From: Bacteroidaceae bacterium
GTDB taxonomy: Bacteria > Bacillota > Clostridia > Peptostreptococcales > Anaerovoracaceae
Direction: 5' to 3'
Length of the DNA: 64,000 nt
Assembly: GCA_963614095.1 (NCBI GenBank)
Contig: CAVECM010000013.1
Location: 10,753-74,752, forward strand
The notes beneath the pieces are model-generated. The model was given only the letters and a program-made list of their open reading frames with translations. It was not told the origin of the DNA and ran no database searches. The number at the start of each line of letters is the position of its first letter. Positions within the stretch are counted from its first letter, which is position 1. Positions 19,286 to 28,946 of this stretch are shown one piece after another. The position numbers and the translations under genes are program-made.

Positions 19286-20182
19286 ATGCTTATTAAAAAA
19301 GATCATGTTATCTACAATTTTGACAAGAACCATGAACCGGTGGCGAAGGTTGATCTGCCGGCATCACTCGAATTCGAGACAAGAGACTGCTTCCACGGCT
19401 TCATCTCAGATGAGACAAAATTCCTGAAGGATGTGGATTACTCATACTGCAATCCGTCAACAGGACCTGTATATTTCAACGGTGTCAAGCCGGGAGATGT
19501 ACTCGAGGTTAAAATCAAGAAAATAAAATGCAAATCCCCGGGATACACAATGAGCGTGGAAAACGACGGACTTCTTGCTGAATACAATCATAAAAACATC
19601 ACTCGCATGATTGATTTTGACGATGAATTCTGGTACTACGACGGAATGAAGTTCCCGCTCACACCTATGATCGGCGTTATCGGTGTGACTCCGGCTGAGG
19701 GCACTCCGGCAACTGCCGCACCCGGAGACCACGGCGGCAACATGGATACAACCCTGATTAAAGAGGGATCCACAGTATTTCTTCCTGTATCCGTAGAGGG
19801 CGGTCTTATGGCAGTCGGAGACTTCCATGCTGCAATGGGAGACGGCGAATCGTTTTACATGGGACTCGAGGCCGAGGGTTATGTCGAGCTTGACGTAAAC
19901 GTAAGACACGACATGAAGATTGACATCCCGTTCGTTATCGCTGACGGAAGATTCGCATCGATTGCTACAGAGGTCGATGCCGACGCGGCACTTAAAAAGG
20001 CTATGAAGAAGCTCGTAGACTTCGTGGCAGACCACAGTGAGCTTGACTTTTACAATGCAGGCATCATCTGCGGACTGACAGCCGATCTGCAGATCAGCCA
20101 GATGGTTGACGTGGAAAAGACTGCACGTATGGCGATAGATCTCAGCGTTCTCAGAGAAGTGGGTATACACCTTTTTGACTGA
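19286..20182 (+). CDS. Acetamidase/formamidase (FmdA/AmdA) family protein
   Basis: ETRDCF, NPSTGPVY, PMIGVIGV, HGGNMD, GDFHAAMGDGE, ISQMVD. Confidence 0.88.
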   Translation: MLIKKDHVIYNFDKNHEPVAKVDLPASLEFETRDCFHGFISDETKFLKDVDYSYCNPSTGPVYFNGVKPGDVLEVKIKKIKCKSPGYTMSVENDGLLAEYNHKNITRMIDFDDEFWYYDGMKFPLTPMIGVIGVTPAEGTPATAAPGDHGGNMDTTLIKEGSTVFLPVSVEGGLMAVGDFHAAMGDGESFYMGLEAEGYVELDVNVRHDMKIDIPFVIADGRFASIATEVDADAALKKAMKKLVDFVADHSELDFYNAGIICGLTADLQISQMVDVEKTARMAIDLSVLREVGIHLFD

Positions 20183-20189
20183 TAACTGA

Positions 20190-20241
20190 AACAGAGCGCT
20201 GCACTTACGGTTTGAGACCGGCGGTGCAGCGCTTTTTCTGT
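20190..20241. terminator. Terminator between the amidase and the convergent regulator
   Basis: AGCGCTGCAC...GTGCAGCGCT followed by TTTT. Confidence 0.65.
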
Positions 20242-20258
20242 ATTATCAATTTCCTGCA

Positions 20259-21467
20259 TTATTTAAAAAACGTGTCCAGGTATTTTCTGGCGCGGTGTAT
20301 TGTCGTGAATATATGGAGTGCACTGTAAAAAGCAATATCGTTTTCGGTACCCAGCAGTGCACTTATTTTATTGATGCGGTACCTTATGGTATTCTTGTGC
20401 TGAAACAGTGAATTCGCAACTCCTTCTATATTGCCACCGTGATCTGTGAATGCCAGCACGGTATCCAGCAGCGTGGAGGATGAATTGCCCTGCGGTGAAA
20501 GCATCGCGAGCGTTTCCGAATAATATTCCTTGTAATCCGGCGTGTAAATCTGCGGCAGGAGCAGTTTATCCGTGCCGGCATTGCCGAATTCAAGGCGATG
20601 CTTATCCCTGAGACAGCAGCTCGTGTTCGCATAGATTGACTCAATCAGCAGCGATGAAATATCCGCAAATCCATGTATCGGCTCAGAATATCCGATGCGA
20701 TGATTCTCAAGAAGCTTACTGTCCAGCAGTACAGAAGTCAGCATACTTGTGAATTTCTCGACGTCTTCATCCTCTGCAGAACTGCAGGTGCTTATAAAAA
20801 ACATACCGCGCCTGTAAATCGTGAAGGCATGCGCATAGTATACACCGTCTGCCTGTGAGGGCAGCGTTTCCTTTATTTTTTCTGATATCAGCATATATTC
20901 ATCTGTCGCTTTATCGGACACGTGACTGATATCGCTGTCATTTGAAATATATGCGGCAAAAACTGTATCCGAGTAAAAAAACTGATTGAGCTTCCTCAGC
21001 ATGAATTCTTTTCGTGAAATGTCCGCACTCTGATCGAAAATAAGAGTCGTTATGGTATTTTCATCCTCTGTATTTCTGATTGAATCCGAAAGCTTATCGT
21101 GTATGAGCACAATCAGGTCATCTATATAAGTCTTTGAAAAAATGAGAATCGGCACATTGTATCTGTCGGCATATGCCTTGATTTCATCCGTCACATCATC
21201 AAAATATACATTTTTTATGGCAATAGCCGCCACGTGATTGTTGATAAGCAGCTTGAGCGCCTTTTCCGAAAGCGAAACGTTGTCCTTCGCCGCAAACAGC
21301 GTCGTTATCACGAATTCTCCGTGAGGAAAGGCCTTCACGATATCGTTGTCCTGCTCGTATTCAAAATATCCGGTGCTGAGGATAGTGTTTCCCAGGCCGC
21401 CTCTGCCGGCTGCCACGCGAAAATTCTGCAGCAGCGGATTTGATAACAGACTTGATACTGTCAGCAT
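20259..21467 (-). CDS. PucR family transcriptional regulator
   Basis: N-terminal PucR domain (LTV..LL...VAAGRGGL...GEFVITT) and C-terminal HTH LFQHKNTIRYRINKI. Confidence 0.88.
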   Translation of the reverse strand: MLTVSSLLSNPLLQNFRVAAGRGGLGNTILSTGYFEYEQDNDIVKAFPHGEFVITTLFAAKDNVSLSEKALKLLINNHVAAIAIKNVYFDDVTDEIKAYADRYNVPILIFSKTYIDDLIVLIHDKLSDSIRNTEDENTITTLIFDQSADISRKEFMLRKLNQFFYSDTVFAAYISNDSDISHVSDKATDEYMLISEKIKETLPSQADGVYYAHAFTIYRRGMFFISTCSSAEDEDVEKFTSMLTSVLLDSKLLENHRIGYSEPIHGFADISSLLIESIYANTSCCLRDKHRLEFGNAGTDKLLLPQIYTPDYKEYYSETLAMLSPQGNSSSTLLDTVLAFTDHGGNIEGVANSLFQHKNTIRYRINKISALLGTENDIAFYSALHIFTTIHRARKYLDTFFK

Positions 21468-21646
21468 TGCTTTACCTCTTTTCTTCTGATTATATCTTCA
21501 TGCAGAGCACACCGCTTCAGACACGGCTGCAGTCTGCATAATTAAGCTCATGTGCAGCAGCGCAGCACACAATGTGCGGCTTTGCATATAAATACACATA
21601 TATCAATTATATGCAATCCGGCAGAAAAAATCACTAAAAAATTCAT

Positions 21647-21663
21647 TTTGTTCTTTTTACAAA
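21647..21663. promoter_or_regulatory. Third TTTGT-N7-ACAAA operator, between the regulator and the aminotransferase
   Basis: TTTGT-TCTTTTT-ACAAA, same geometry as the sites at 17555 and 17595. Confidence 0.55.
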
Positions 21664-21763
21664 TGCCGCCCCGTATGTTTTGACTTCAGCCAATTGAAGC
21701 ATCCGGCGGTTTTGTTAATATGAATATATATTCATCTGAACCATTGAAAAAGGAGGCAGTAAA

Positions 21764-22960
21764 ATGCAGTTATCTGAAAAAGTAAATGCCATGCAGCATT
21801 CACCTATAAGAAAATTCAATCCCTATGCAGAGCAGACAGTCCGTACCGGTAAAAAAGTCTATAAGCTGAACATAGGCCAGCCGGATATAGAAACACCGGA
21901 GTGCTTTCTGGAGGCCGTGAAAAATTTTGACAGGAGAGTTGTCGCATACTCGGAATCAGGCGGTGAGACAATTCTTCAGGATGCCATAATCGGATACTTC
22001 GAAAGATACGGCATGCATTTCAGCAGAAAGAATATGATTATAACCAACGGCGGATCCGAGGCTCTGAACATGATTTTCACGGCAATCCTCAACAGCGGCG
22101 ACGAGGTGCTGATTGCTGAGCCGTTTTACACGAACTACCGCACATTTGTCGCAGCGGCAGGCGGAAAGGTCGTTCCTATAACAACAAGCGCCGAGGACGG
22201 ATATGATTTCTGCAGAAAAGACGAAATCGAAAAGCTGATTACGCCGAAAACGAGGGCCATCTGCTGCATAACACCGGGAAATCCGACCGGCAGAGTCATG
22301 ACTCTCGATGACATGAAGCTTATCGGTGAGATTGCCCGAGAACACGATCTGTGGATTGTTGCAGACGAGGTTTACAGGGAATTTGTCTATGACGGCGGTG
22401 ATATCGCTTCATTCGGTATGCTCGATGAGCTGGCCGACAGAGTTATTATAGTCGACTCGGTTTCAAAGAGATTCTCGGCATGCGGCGCCAGAATCGGATG
22501 TGCCGTATGTAAAAACGCAGACCTGATGGATGCGCTGATGAAAATCGCGCAGGGCAGACTCTGCTGTTCAACGCTGGATCAGATCGGCGCAGCAGCACTG
22601 TACCGTCTCGACAACTCATATTTCGACAAAGTCAGAGAAGAATACAGAAGCCGCAGAGATGCTGCATATGAAGAGGTCATGAAAATACCGGGCGTTGTGT
22701 GTCACAAACCGGCAGGCGCGTTTTACATGACGATAAAGCTGCCCGTGGACAACGCTGAGAAGTTCCTGATGTTTATGCTGACTGAATTCGAGGATGAAAA
22801 CGAAACAGCAATGTTTTCACCTGCAGAAGGATTTTACAGCACTCCGGGACACGGAAAGGACGAAATCAGAATTGCCTACGTGCTTGACAGCAGGAAAATG
22901 AAGCGCGGTATGGAGCTTATCCGAAAGGGCCTCGACGCATACAATCACAAATACCAGTAA
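21764..22960 (+). CDS. PLP-dependent aminotransferase class I/II (copy 1)
   Basis: LNIGQPD, TNGGSEAL, PGNPTG, ADEVYREF, DSVSKRFSACGARIG. Confidence 0.9.
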   Translation: MQLSEKVNAMQHSPIRKFNPYAEQTVRTGKKVYKLNIGQPDIETPECFLEAVKNFDRRVVAYSESGGETILQDAIIGYFERYGMHFSRKNMIITNGGSEALNMIFTAILNSGDEVLIAEPFYTNYRTFVAAAGGKVVPITTSAEDGYDFCRKDEIEKLITPKTRAICCITPGNPTGRVMTLDDMKLIGEIAREHDLWIVADEVYREFVYDGGDIASFGMLDELADRVIIVDSVSKRFSACGARIGCAVCKNADLMDALMKIAQGRLCCSTLDQIGAAALYRLDNSYFDKVREEYRSRRDAAYEEVMKIPGVVCHKPAGAFYMTIKLPVDNAEKFLMFMLTEFEDENETAMFSPAEGFYSTPGHGKDEIRIAYVLDSRKMKRGMELIRKGLDAYNHKYQ

Positions 22961-22980
22961 AAATACTTTCCAATATTGAA

Positions 22981-23018
22981 AACAATGCTGCCGGAAAAAC
23001 CGGGGCATTGTTTTTTAT
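22981..23018 (+). terminator. Intrinsic terminator
   Basis: AACAATGCTGCCGG-aaaaa-CCGGGGCATTGTT followed by a T tract. Confidence 0.7.
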
Positions 23019-23060
23019 TATCCGGAATTTTTAAAAAAATCTGCCGCCGGAGCCCGATTA

Positions 23061-23100
23061 CATGTTATCATGTTATCATGTTATCATGCAGTCATGTAAC
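23061..23100. repeat. 8-bp tandem repeat (CATGTTAT x3 plus 2 degenerate copies)
   Basis: catgttat catgttat catgttat catgcagt catgtaac. Confidence 0.8.
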
Positions 23101-23238
23101 TGCAGAGCCTGCTGCAGACGAGGCACTTCAGGAACTGAATGCAGTAAGCCTTAAATAAAAACTGATAACAGGCAACTTGAAAATATGTTGAATCTTGATT
23201 TTTAAGAAAAACCAATTGCATTTATAAGGAGAAAAACC

Positions 23239-24213
23239 ATGAAAAAGAACCAGTTAGGGAATACCGGACTTTACGTTACTCCGGTCTCATTCGGCGTACT
23301 CACAGTAGGAAACACACAGCTGAACCTGCCGGTCAGCGAGGGCGCAGAGCTCATAAAATACGCAATGTCAAAAGGAATAAATTTTTTCGACACGGCTCAG
23401 TACTATAAGACGTACCCGTATCTCAGAGAAGCACTCAAGGATATCGATATGAGTGCGGACTCACAGGAAAGACCAGTTATATGCACTAAGTCGCTCGATC
23501 TGACATATGAGGAAATGGAGGCTGCGATAAACGAGGCGCTGCAGGAACTGAATACGGATATGATTGAAATATTTCTGCTTCACGAGGTTCGCCAGGATCC
23601 TGACTGGGAGATGCGGGCCGGTGCGTGGCAGTGCCTGCTTGATTACAAGGCAAAGGGCACTCTCAAGGCTATCGGAGTTTCAACGCATCATGTGGATGTC
23701 GTGGAAAGAATGGCAGGTGTTCCGGAATGCGATGTTGTGTTCCCGCTCATTAATTATGCAGGTCTGGGAATAAGGAAAGGCGCCGGTCCGGGAACAAGTG
23801 AAGAAATGGCCGCCGCAATAAAAAAATGTGCCGATGCCGGAAAAGGCCTCTTTGCTATGAAGGCCTTCGGGGGCGGCAATCTCACGGGGCATTACATGAA
23901 GGCACTGAACTATGTATCCGGACTTGAAGGCATATCATCGATTATGGTCGGTCTGGGCCGAAAAGAAGAAGTTGACAACATCGTCGCATACGCCGAGGGA
24001 AAGCTCCCCGCTGATTTTCAGCCTGATGTAAGCCGTAAAAAAATACGTATAGACCAGGGCGACTGCGAGGGCTGCGGCAGATGCATAGACAGATGCCCGA
24101 ACAAAGCGATTTTCCGAAACGAAAACGGACTTGCAGAGGTTAACCACGGAGTCTGCCTCACATGCGGATACTGCGCACCCGTCTGTCCCGTAAGAGCCAT
24201 AATAATGTTCTGA
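23239..24213 (+). CDS. Aldo/keto reductase with C-terminal 2x[4Fe-4S] ferredoxin domain
   Basis: LGNTG, GINFFDTAQYY, ICTKS, LLHE, AIGVSTH, AMKAFGGG; CEGCGRCIDRCP and CLTCGYCAPVCP. Confidence 0.88.
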   Translation: MKKNQLGNTGLYVTPVSFGVLTVGNTQLNLPVSEGAELIKYAMSKGINFFDTAQYYKTYPYLREALKDIDMSADSQERPVICTKSLDLTYEEMEAAINEALQELNTDMIEIFLLHEVRQDPDWEMRAGAWQCLLDYKAKGTLKAIGVSTHHVDVVERMAGVPECDVVFPLINYAGLGIRKGAGPGTSEEMAAAIKKCADAGKGLFAMKAFGGGNLTGHYMKALNYVSGLEGISSIMVGLGRKEEVDNIVAYAEGKLPADFQPDVSRKKIRIDQGDCEGCGRCIDRCPNKAIFRNENGLAEVNHGVCLTCGYCAPVCPVRAIIMF

Positions 24214-24326
24214 AGCCTGATCCCGAAATCTTTGATTTCGCGGAAGGTCTCATGCAAGAGTTCCCCGGCTTCAGCCGGATCGGAACTTACTGCGGAATAC
24301 TCATGCATATTTTTAACAGTTTGGAG

Positions 24327-24390
24327 TTGACAACGGGGCAATAATGGTTTAGAGTGGTAAAGTAACTGTTGATTTTAGCACAATAAAGTG
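24327..24390 (+). promoter_or_regulatory. Promoter with two TTTA-N6-TAAAGTR palindromic operators
   Basis: TTGACA (24327)-17bp-TAGAGT (24350); operator copies at 24345-24364 and 24371-24390. Confidence 0.6.
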
Positions 24391-24468
24391 ATAACACAGC
24401 ACATCAGCTTCACAATGCTGTGCGGAAATCATAAGTAAATACAATCGCACTATTTACGGAGGATGAAA

Positions 24469-25281
24469 ATGAAAAAGAAAATTTTATGCATCGCAATGGT
24501 AATGCTCATGGCATTCGGCGTGTTTGCACTTACAGGCTGCGGAGATTCAGAAGAAACATCATCTGACACAGAGAAAATCGTTGTCGGTCTCGACGATACA
24601 TTCGCGCCTATGGGCTTCAGAGATGAAAACGGAGATCTCGTAGGATTCGACATCGACCTTGCAAACGCTGTAGGCGAGGAACTGGGCATGGAAGTTGAAT
24701 TCAAGCCTATCGACTGGAACGCAAAGGAAACTGAGCTCGAAGCAGGCACTATCGACTGCGTATGGAACGGCATGTCAATAACACCTGAGAGGAAAGAAAA
24801 CATGGCGCTTTCCGATAAGTACCTCAACAACAAAATCGTGCTCATGGCTCTGGCTGATTCCGATACTGATGTAACAGATGCTTCACAGCTTGCTGACATG
24901 AAGATCGGTACACAGGTTGATTCATCAGCTCTCGAAATGCTCAAGTCAAACGAGGCTTATGATTCATTCAAGGACAACATCAGCGAATACGATACTTATG
25001 ACACAGCCATCATGGATCTGAAGGCAGGCAGAGTAGACGTCATCGCAGTAGACCAGGTTCTCGGAGAATACACAAACAACAATCTCGGCGGAGAACTCAA
25101 GGAATGCACTTATACTCTCGGAGATGACTACTATGTTATCGGATTTGCGAAGGACAACACTGACCTGAGAGACAAGGTTAACGATGCTATCGAAACTCTG
25201 GTGGACAACGGCAAGGCTGCTGAAATCAGCAACGAATGGTTCGGCAAGGACATCGTAGTATTTGAGCCGCTCGAAGACTAA
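24469..25281 (+). CDS. Polar amino acid ABC transporter substrate-binding lipoprotein
   Basis: Lipobox LTGC; VGLDDTFAPMGF, GFDIDLA, WNGMSITPER, DLKAGRVD. Confidence 0.9.
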   Translation: MKKKILCIAMVMLMAFGVFALTGCGDSEETSSDTEKIVVGLDDTFAPMGFRDENGDLVGFDIDLANAVGEELGMEVEFKPIDWNAKETELEAGTIDCVWNGMSITPERKENMALSDKYLNNKIVLMALADSDTDVTDASQLADMKIGTQVDSSALEMLKSNEAYDSFKDNISEYDTYDTAIMDLKAGRVDVIAVDQVLGEYTNNNLGGELKECTYTLGDDYYVIGFAKDNTDLRDKVNDAIETLVDNGKAAEISNEWFGKDIVVFEPLED

Positions 25282-25416
25282 GAGCCTTCGGACTTAAATT
25301 AACAGGTATAATTCAGACAGACTTTCCTGCGTTTAAGGCGCGGGCCGGTCTGTCTGTTTATTGATTTTTTGTTTCAAGCATTTTATTTTAAGCATTTTTT
25401 AAAGAAGGAATTTATT

Positions 25417-26076
25417 ATGGACATTATAATGCAGTTTCTGCCATTTATGCTGAAGGGTACCGTAGTCACGGTAGAGCTGTTCGTTCTGACAATCGTTATA
25501 GCACTTCCGCTCGGTCTGCCCATAGCTCTCGGCAGCAACAGCCGCATCAAACCGCTGAGCATTCTCTGTAAAATATACGTATGGATATTCAGAGGAACAC
25601 CGCTCCTGCTGCAGCTGTTCTTCTTTTATTTCTTTTTCCCGCTGGTGCTCAATATACAGATGAACGCCTTTATAACTGTAGTTCTGACATATGTGCTCAA
25701 CTATGCGGCATACTTTGCCGAAATCTACAGAGGCGGAATTAACAGCATTGACAGAGGACAGTACGAGGCTGCACATGCGCTGGGGCTTTCCAAGCGACAG
25801 ACCATGGGAGACATCATTCTGCCGCAGACGATGAAGGCTATCCTGCCGCCTGTTGTGAATGAAACCATTACACTTGTAAAGGACACTGCGCTCGCATCCT
25901 CGCTGCCGGTTATAGAGCTCATGAAGGCAACAAACAGCGCTGTAAACAGAATGACAGACATGACGCCGTTCTTCTTTGCAGCAATCATATATCTGATTAT
26001 GACATTTGTGCTTACCGTTGCTGCAGGCCAGCTGGAAAAGCATTTCTCAAGATATGACGCTAAGGAGGACTGGTGA
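25417..26076 (+). CDS. Polar amino acid ABC transporter permease
   Basis: [34 protein letters not shown]. Confidence 0.9.
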   Translation: MDIIMQFLPFMLKGTVVTVELFVLTIVIALPLGLPIALGSNSRIKPLSILCKIYVWIFRGTPLLLQLFFFYFFFPLVLNIQMNAFITVVLTYVLNYAAYFAEIYRGGINSIDRGQYEAAHALGLSKRQTMGDIILPQTMKAILPPVVNETITLVKDTALASSLPVIELMKATNSAVNRMTDMTPFFFAAIIYLIMTFVLTVAAGQLEKHFSRYDAKEDW

Positions 26077-26774
26077 TGAGCAGAGAAACTATACTTGAAA
26101 TGAAAAACATCGTGAAGGACTATTCAGGCTTCAAGGCAGTCGACGGTGTCAATTTCTCGATGCACAAGGGCGAGATAGTGGCTATCATCGGACCGTCCGG
26201 CTCCGGAAAAAGCTCACTGCTCAGATGCATCAACGGACTGAACAGCATAACATCCGGTGAACTGAACCTCAAGGGAACAACCGGCATGGTTTTCCAGCAC
26301 TTCAATCTTTTCCCGCATATGACATGCATCGAAAATATCACATATGCGCCTATCAAGGTCAAGAAGGAAAAGCGCGAGGATGCATATGCCAATGCGAGAA
26401 GACTGCTCAAGCTGGTAGGACTCGAAAGCAAGGCAGATGTATATCCGGCGCATCTCTCCGGAGGGCAGAAGCAGCGAATAGCTATCGCACGCGCCCTGGC
26501 CATGAGCCCTGACATCATGCTGTTTGACGAGCCTACGTCTGCACTCGATCCGGAGATTACCGGCGAAGTTCTCAATGTAATGAAGCTTCTTGCAAAGGAG
26601 CACACTACGATGATTGTCGTCACTCATGAAATGGGCTTTGCGAAAGAGGTTGCAGACAGAGTGATATTCATGGACAGAGGCGTTATCGTCGAGGAGGGCA
26701 CACCGCAGGATATATTCGATAATCCTTCAAATGAACGACTCGTATCGTTCCTCGGTTCGATGCTCAGAGCATAA
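26076..26774 (+). CDS. Polar amino acid ABC transporter ATP-binding protein (GlnQ type)
   Basis: [46 protein letters not shown]. Confidence 0.92.
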   Translation: MSRETILEMKNIVKDYSGFKAVDGVNFSMHKGEIVAIIGPSGSGKSSLLRCINGLNSITSGELNLKGTTGMVFQHFNLFPHMTCIENITYAPIKVKKEKREDAYANARRLLKLVGLESKADVYPAHLSGGQKQRIAIARALAMSPDIMLFDEPTSALDPEITGEVLNVMKLLAKEHTTMIVVTHEMGFAKEVADRVIFMDRGVIVEEGTPQDIFDNPSNERLVSFLGSMLRA

Positions 26775-26820
26775 TATTTTTTCAGGATTTTCTGTGATTT
26801 TCTGATTGATAATTTTCCTG

Positions 26821-26849
26821 TTGACACAGATTCTGTGTTATGATATAAA
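26821..26849 (+). promoter_or_regulatory. pyr operon promoter with overlapping palindrome
   Basis: TTGACA-17bp-TATAAA with extended TG; ACACAGA-T-TCTGTGT at 26824-26838. Confidence 0.6.
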
Positions 26850-26888
26850 CATAAGGATGTTAAAACGCAGGTAAACATGGAGAGAACT

Positions 26889-28073
26889 ATGAAGGAAGAT
26901 TACGGAAGATTCGTTAGAGTGGCAGACATTGACAATATTACTGAGGAGCACCTTGGTTCCATTGGCATTGATGTTTCACTTTTTGCAGATTGTTATATTT
27001 TACCCGGTCTTACAGATGTGCACGTACATTTGAGAGAGCCGGGTTTTTTATATAAGGAAACGATGAAAACCGGCACGCTTTCTGCGGCAGCAGGCGGATT
27101 CACGGATATTTTTGCTATGCCGAATCTGAATCCGTGTCCCGACAGTATGCAGAATCTCAAGGTGCAGCTCGACATAATATCACGTGACGCACAGGTGAAC
27201 GTTTTCCCATACGGAGCGATAACAAAAGGTGAGCTCGGAAAAGAGCCTGCGGATATGGAAGCCATGGCAGACCATGTGATAGCCTTTACAGATGACGGCA
27301 AGGGTGTTGCTTCCGAAGAGATGATGCTTAGCGCGATGAAGCGCGCGAAGAAGCTCGGCAGACTCATTGTGGCACACTGCGAGGACGAAAGCTTTCCGAA
27401 GGAGAGTTCCGAAAGCGAATGGAAGCAGCTGGAACGCGACATAGAGCTCGTAAGACAGACAGGCTGCGGATATCATATGTGCCATGTTTCGACAAAAGAA
27501 TCCGTTGAACTCATCAGAAAAGCCAAGTCAGACGGACTGGATGTGACATGTGAAACAGCACCGCATTATCTGACAATATCACGCGATGAAATCGAGGACA
27601 GCGGCCGCTTTAAGATGAATCCTCCCATTAAAGGACCGGAGGACAGGATTGCGCTCATCGAGGCGGTCAAGGACGGAACGATTGATATGATTGCCACCGA
27701 CCACGCACCGCACAGTATGGAGGAAAAGAGCAGGGGCTTTGAAGGGAGTGCTTTCGGCATTGTCGGCATGGAAAGCGCACTGCCGGTGATGTACACTAAG
27801 CTTGTCGCTGAGGGCGTGATAACTATGGAGCATCTCATCGATCTGATGTATGCAAATCCGCGCAGACGTTTCAGCATGGACGTATGCGGCATCTCTGAAG
27901 AGCTTCTCAAGCCGGCGCCGACATTTACCATATGGAATCTTGATGAAAGCTATGAGATAAACCCGGACAAATTCATGACGATGGGCAGGAGCTGTCCGTT
28001 TGAAGGCTGGAATGTCAGAGGCAGATGCATGCTCACAGTGATAAACGGTAAAAAGGTCTGGGAGCATAGATAA
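26889..28073 (+). CDS. pyrC: Dihydroorotase (type I)
   Basis: DVHVHLREPG, AMPN, AHCED, CHVST, ETAPHYL, KMNPP, IATDHAPH. Confidence 0.92.
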   Translation: MKEDYGRFVRVADIDNITEEHLGSIGIDVSLFADCYILPGLTDVHVHLREPGFLYKETMKTGTLSAAAGGFTDIFAMPNLNPCPDSMQNLKVQLDIISRDAQVNVFPYGAITKGELGKEPADMEAMADHVIAFTDDGKGVASEEMMLSAMKRAKKLGRLIVAHCEDESFPKESSESEWKQLERDIELVRQTGCGYHMCHVSTKESVELIRKAKSDGLDVTCETAPHYLTISRDEIEDSGRFKMNPPIKGPEDRIALIEAVKDGTIDMIATDHAPHSMEEKSRGFEGSAFGIVGMESALPVMYTKLVAEGVITMEHLIDLMYANPRRRFSMDVCGISEELLKPAPTFTIWNLDESYEINPDKFMTMGRSCPFEGWNVRGRCMLTVINGKKVWEHR

Positions 28074-28196
28074 AACGGATGTACGGGAGCATAATAAAGC
28101 AAAGCTTCAGAAGCACAGATAACACAAAGCTTCAGAAGCATAAATGTGATGCATAGGCAGACCCGAATCTGAAAAAAACAAAACGGAGAAACAGGA

Positions 28197-28946
28197 ATGA
28201 TAAAAACTGATTTTACAATAATATCAAATAAAAAAATCGCAGACAGGACATATGAAATGATTCTGGAATCTCAGGAGCCGAACGGAATCACCCGCCCGGG
28301 TCAGTTCGTCAACATAAAAATCGACGGATACTTCCTGAGAAGACCGATATCTGTATGCAGCTGGACTGACCGCGAGCTTAAAATAATATACAAGACAGTC
28401 GGCAGCGGTACGGAAACGCTGAGCCGCATGACTGCAGGAACAACACTGGATATACTTTCCGGACTCGGCAACGGCTACGATCTGAGTGAAGGGAAAAACA
28501 TCGGTGCAAAGCCTCTTCTCATAGGAGGCGGCGCCGGAGTGCCGCCGATGTACGGTCTTGCCGAAAAGCTGACGGCACAGGGCATAAAGCCGACAGTCGT
28601 ACTCGGCTTCAACAAAGCAGACGAGAGCTTTTACACGGAAGAATTCAGAAAGCTCGGAGCAGAAACCATTATCGCCACAGCTGACGGCAGTCTGGGCATC
28701 AGAGGATTCGTAACAGATGTTATCGGAAATCTCGAGTACACATATATATTCTCATGCGGACCGCTGCCGATGCTGAAGGCCATCGATGAAACCGCGCCGA
28801 GGGATATCGGCGGACAATTCAGCTTCGAGGAGCGTATGGGCTGCGGATTCGGTGCATGCATGGGATGTTCATGCAAGACAAAATACGGAAACAAAAGGAT
28901 ATGCAAAGAAGGACCGGTACTGGAAAGAGGTGAGATAATATGGTAA
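28197..28946 (+). CDS. pyrK: Dihydroorotate dehydrogenase electron transfer subunit
   Basis: PGQFV, LRRPISV, GGGAGVPP, CGP, ERMGCGFGACMGC...ICKEGPV. Confidence 0.93.
   Translation: MIKTDFTIISNKKIADRTYEMILESQEPNGITRPGQFVNIKIDGYFLRRPISVCSWTDRELKIIYKTVGSGTETLSRMTAGTTLDILSGLGNGYDLSEGKNIGAKPLLIGGGAGVPPMYGLAEKLTAQGIKPTVVLGFNKADESFYTEEFRKLGAETIIATADGSLGIRGFVTDVIGNLEYTYIFSCGPLPMLKAIDETAPRDIGGQFSFEERMGCGFGACMGCSCKTKYGNKRICKEGPVLERGEIIW

Noticed and set aside
15624..23240. tRNA-Gly-anchored integrative island
   Set aside because: No integrase is adjacent and I saw no duplicated tRNA 3' end; the locus may be accessory, but mobility is unsupported.
23118..23553. Diversity-generating retroelement template/variable repeat pair
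   Set aside because: The match is only 23 nt, the differences are not restricted to adenines, and there is no reverse transcriptase gene.
24345..24390. CIRCE (HrcA) element
   Set aside because: TTAGCAC is present but the N9-GAGTGCTAA half is not, and the downstream genes are not chaperones.
26889..28073. pyrC pseudogene, given the short atypical N-terminus
   Set aside because: The frame is intact and all metal-binding and catalytic motifs are present.
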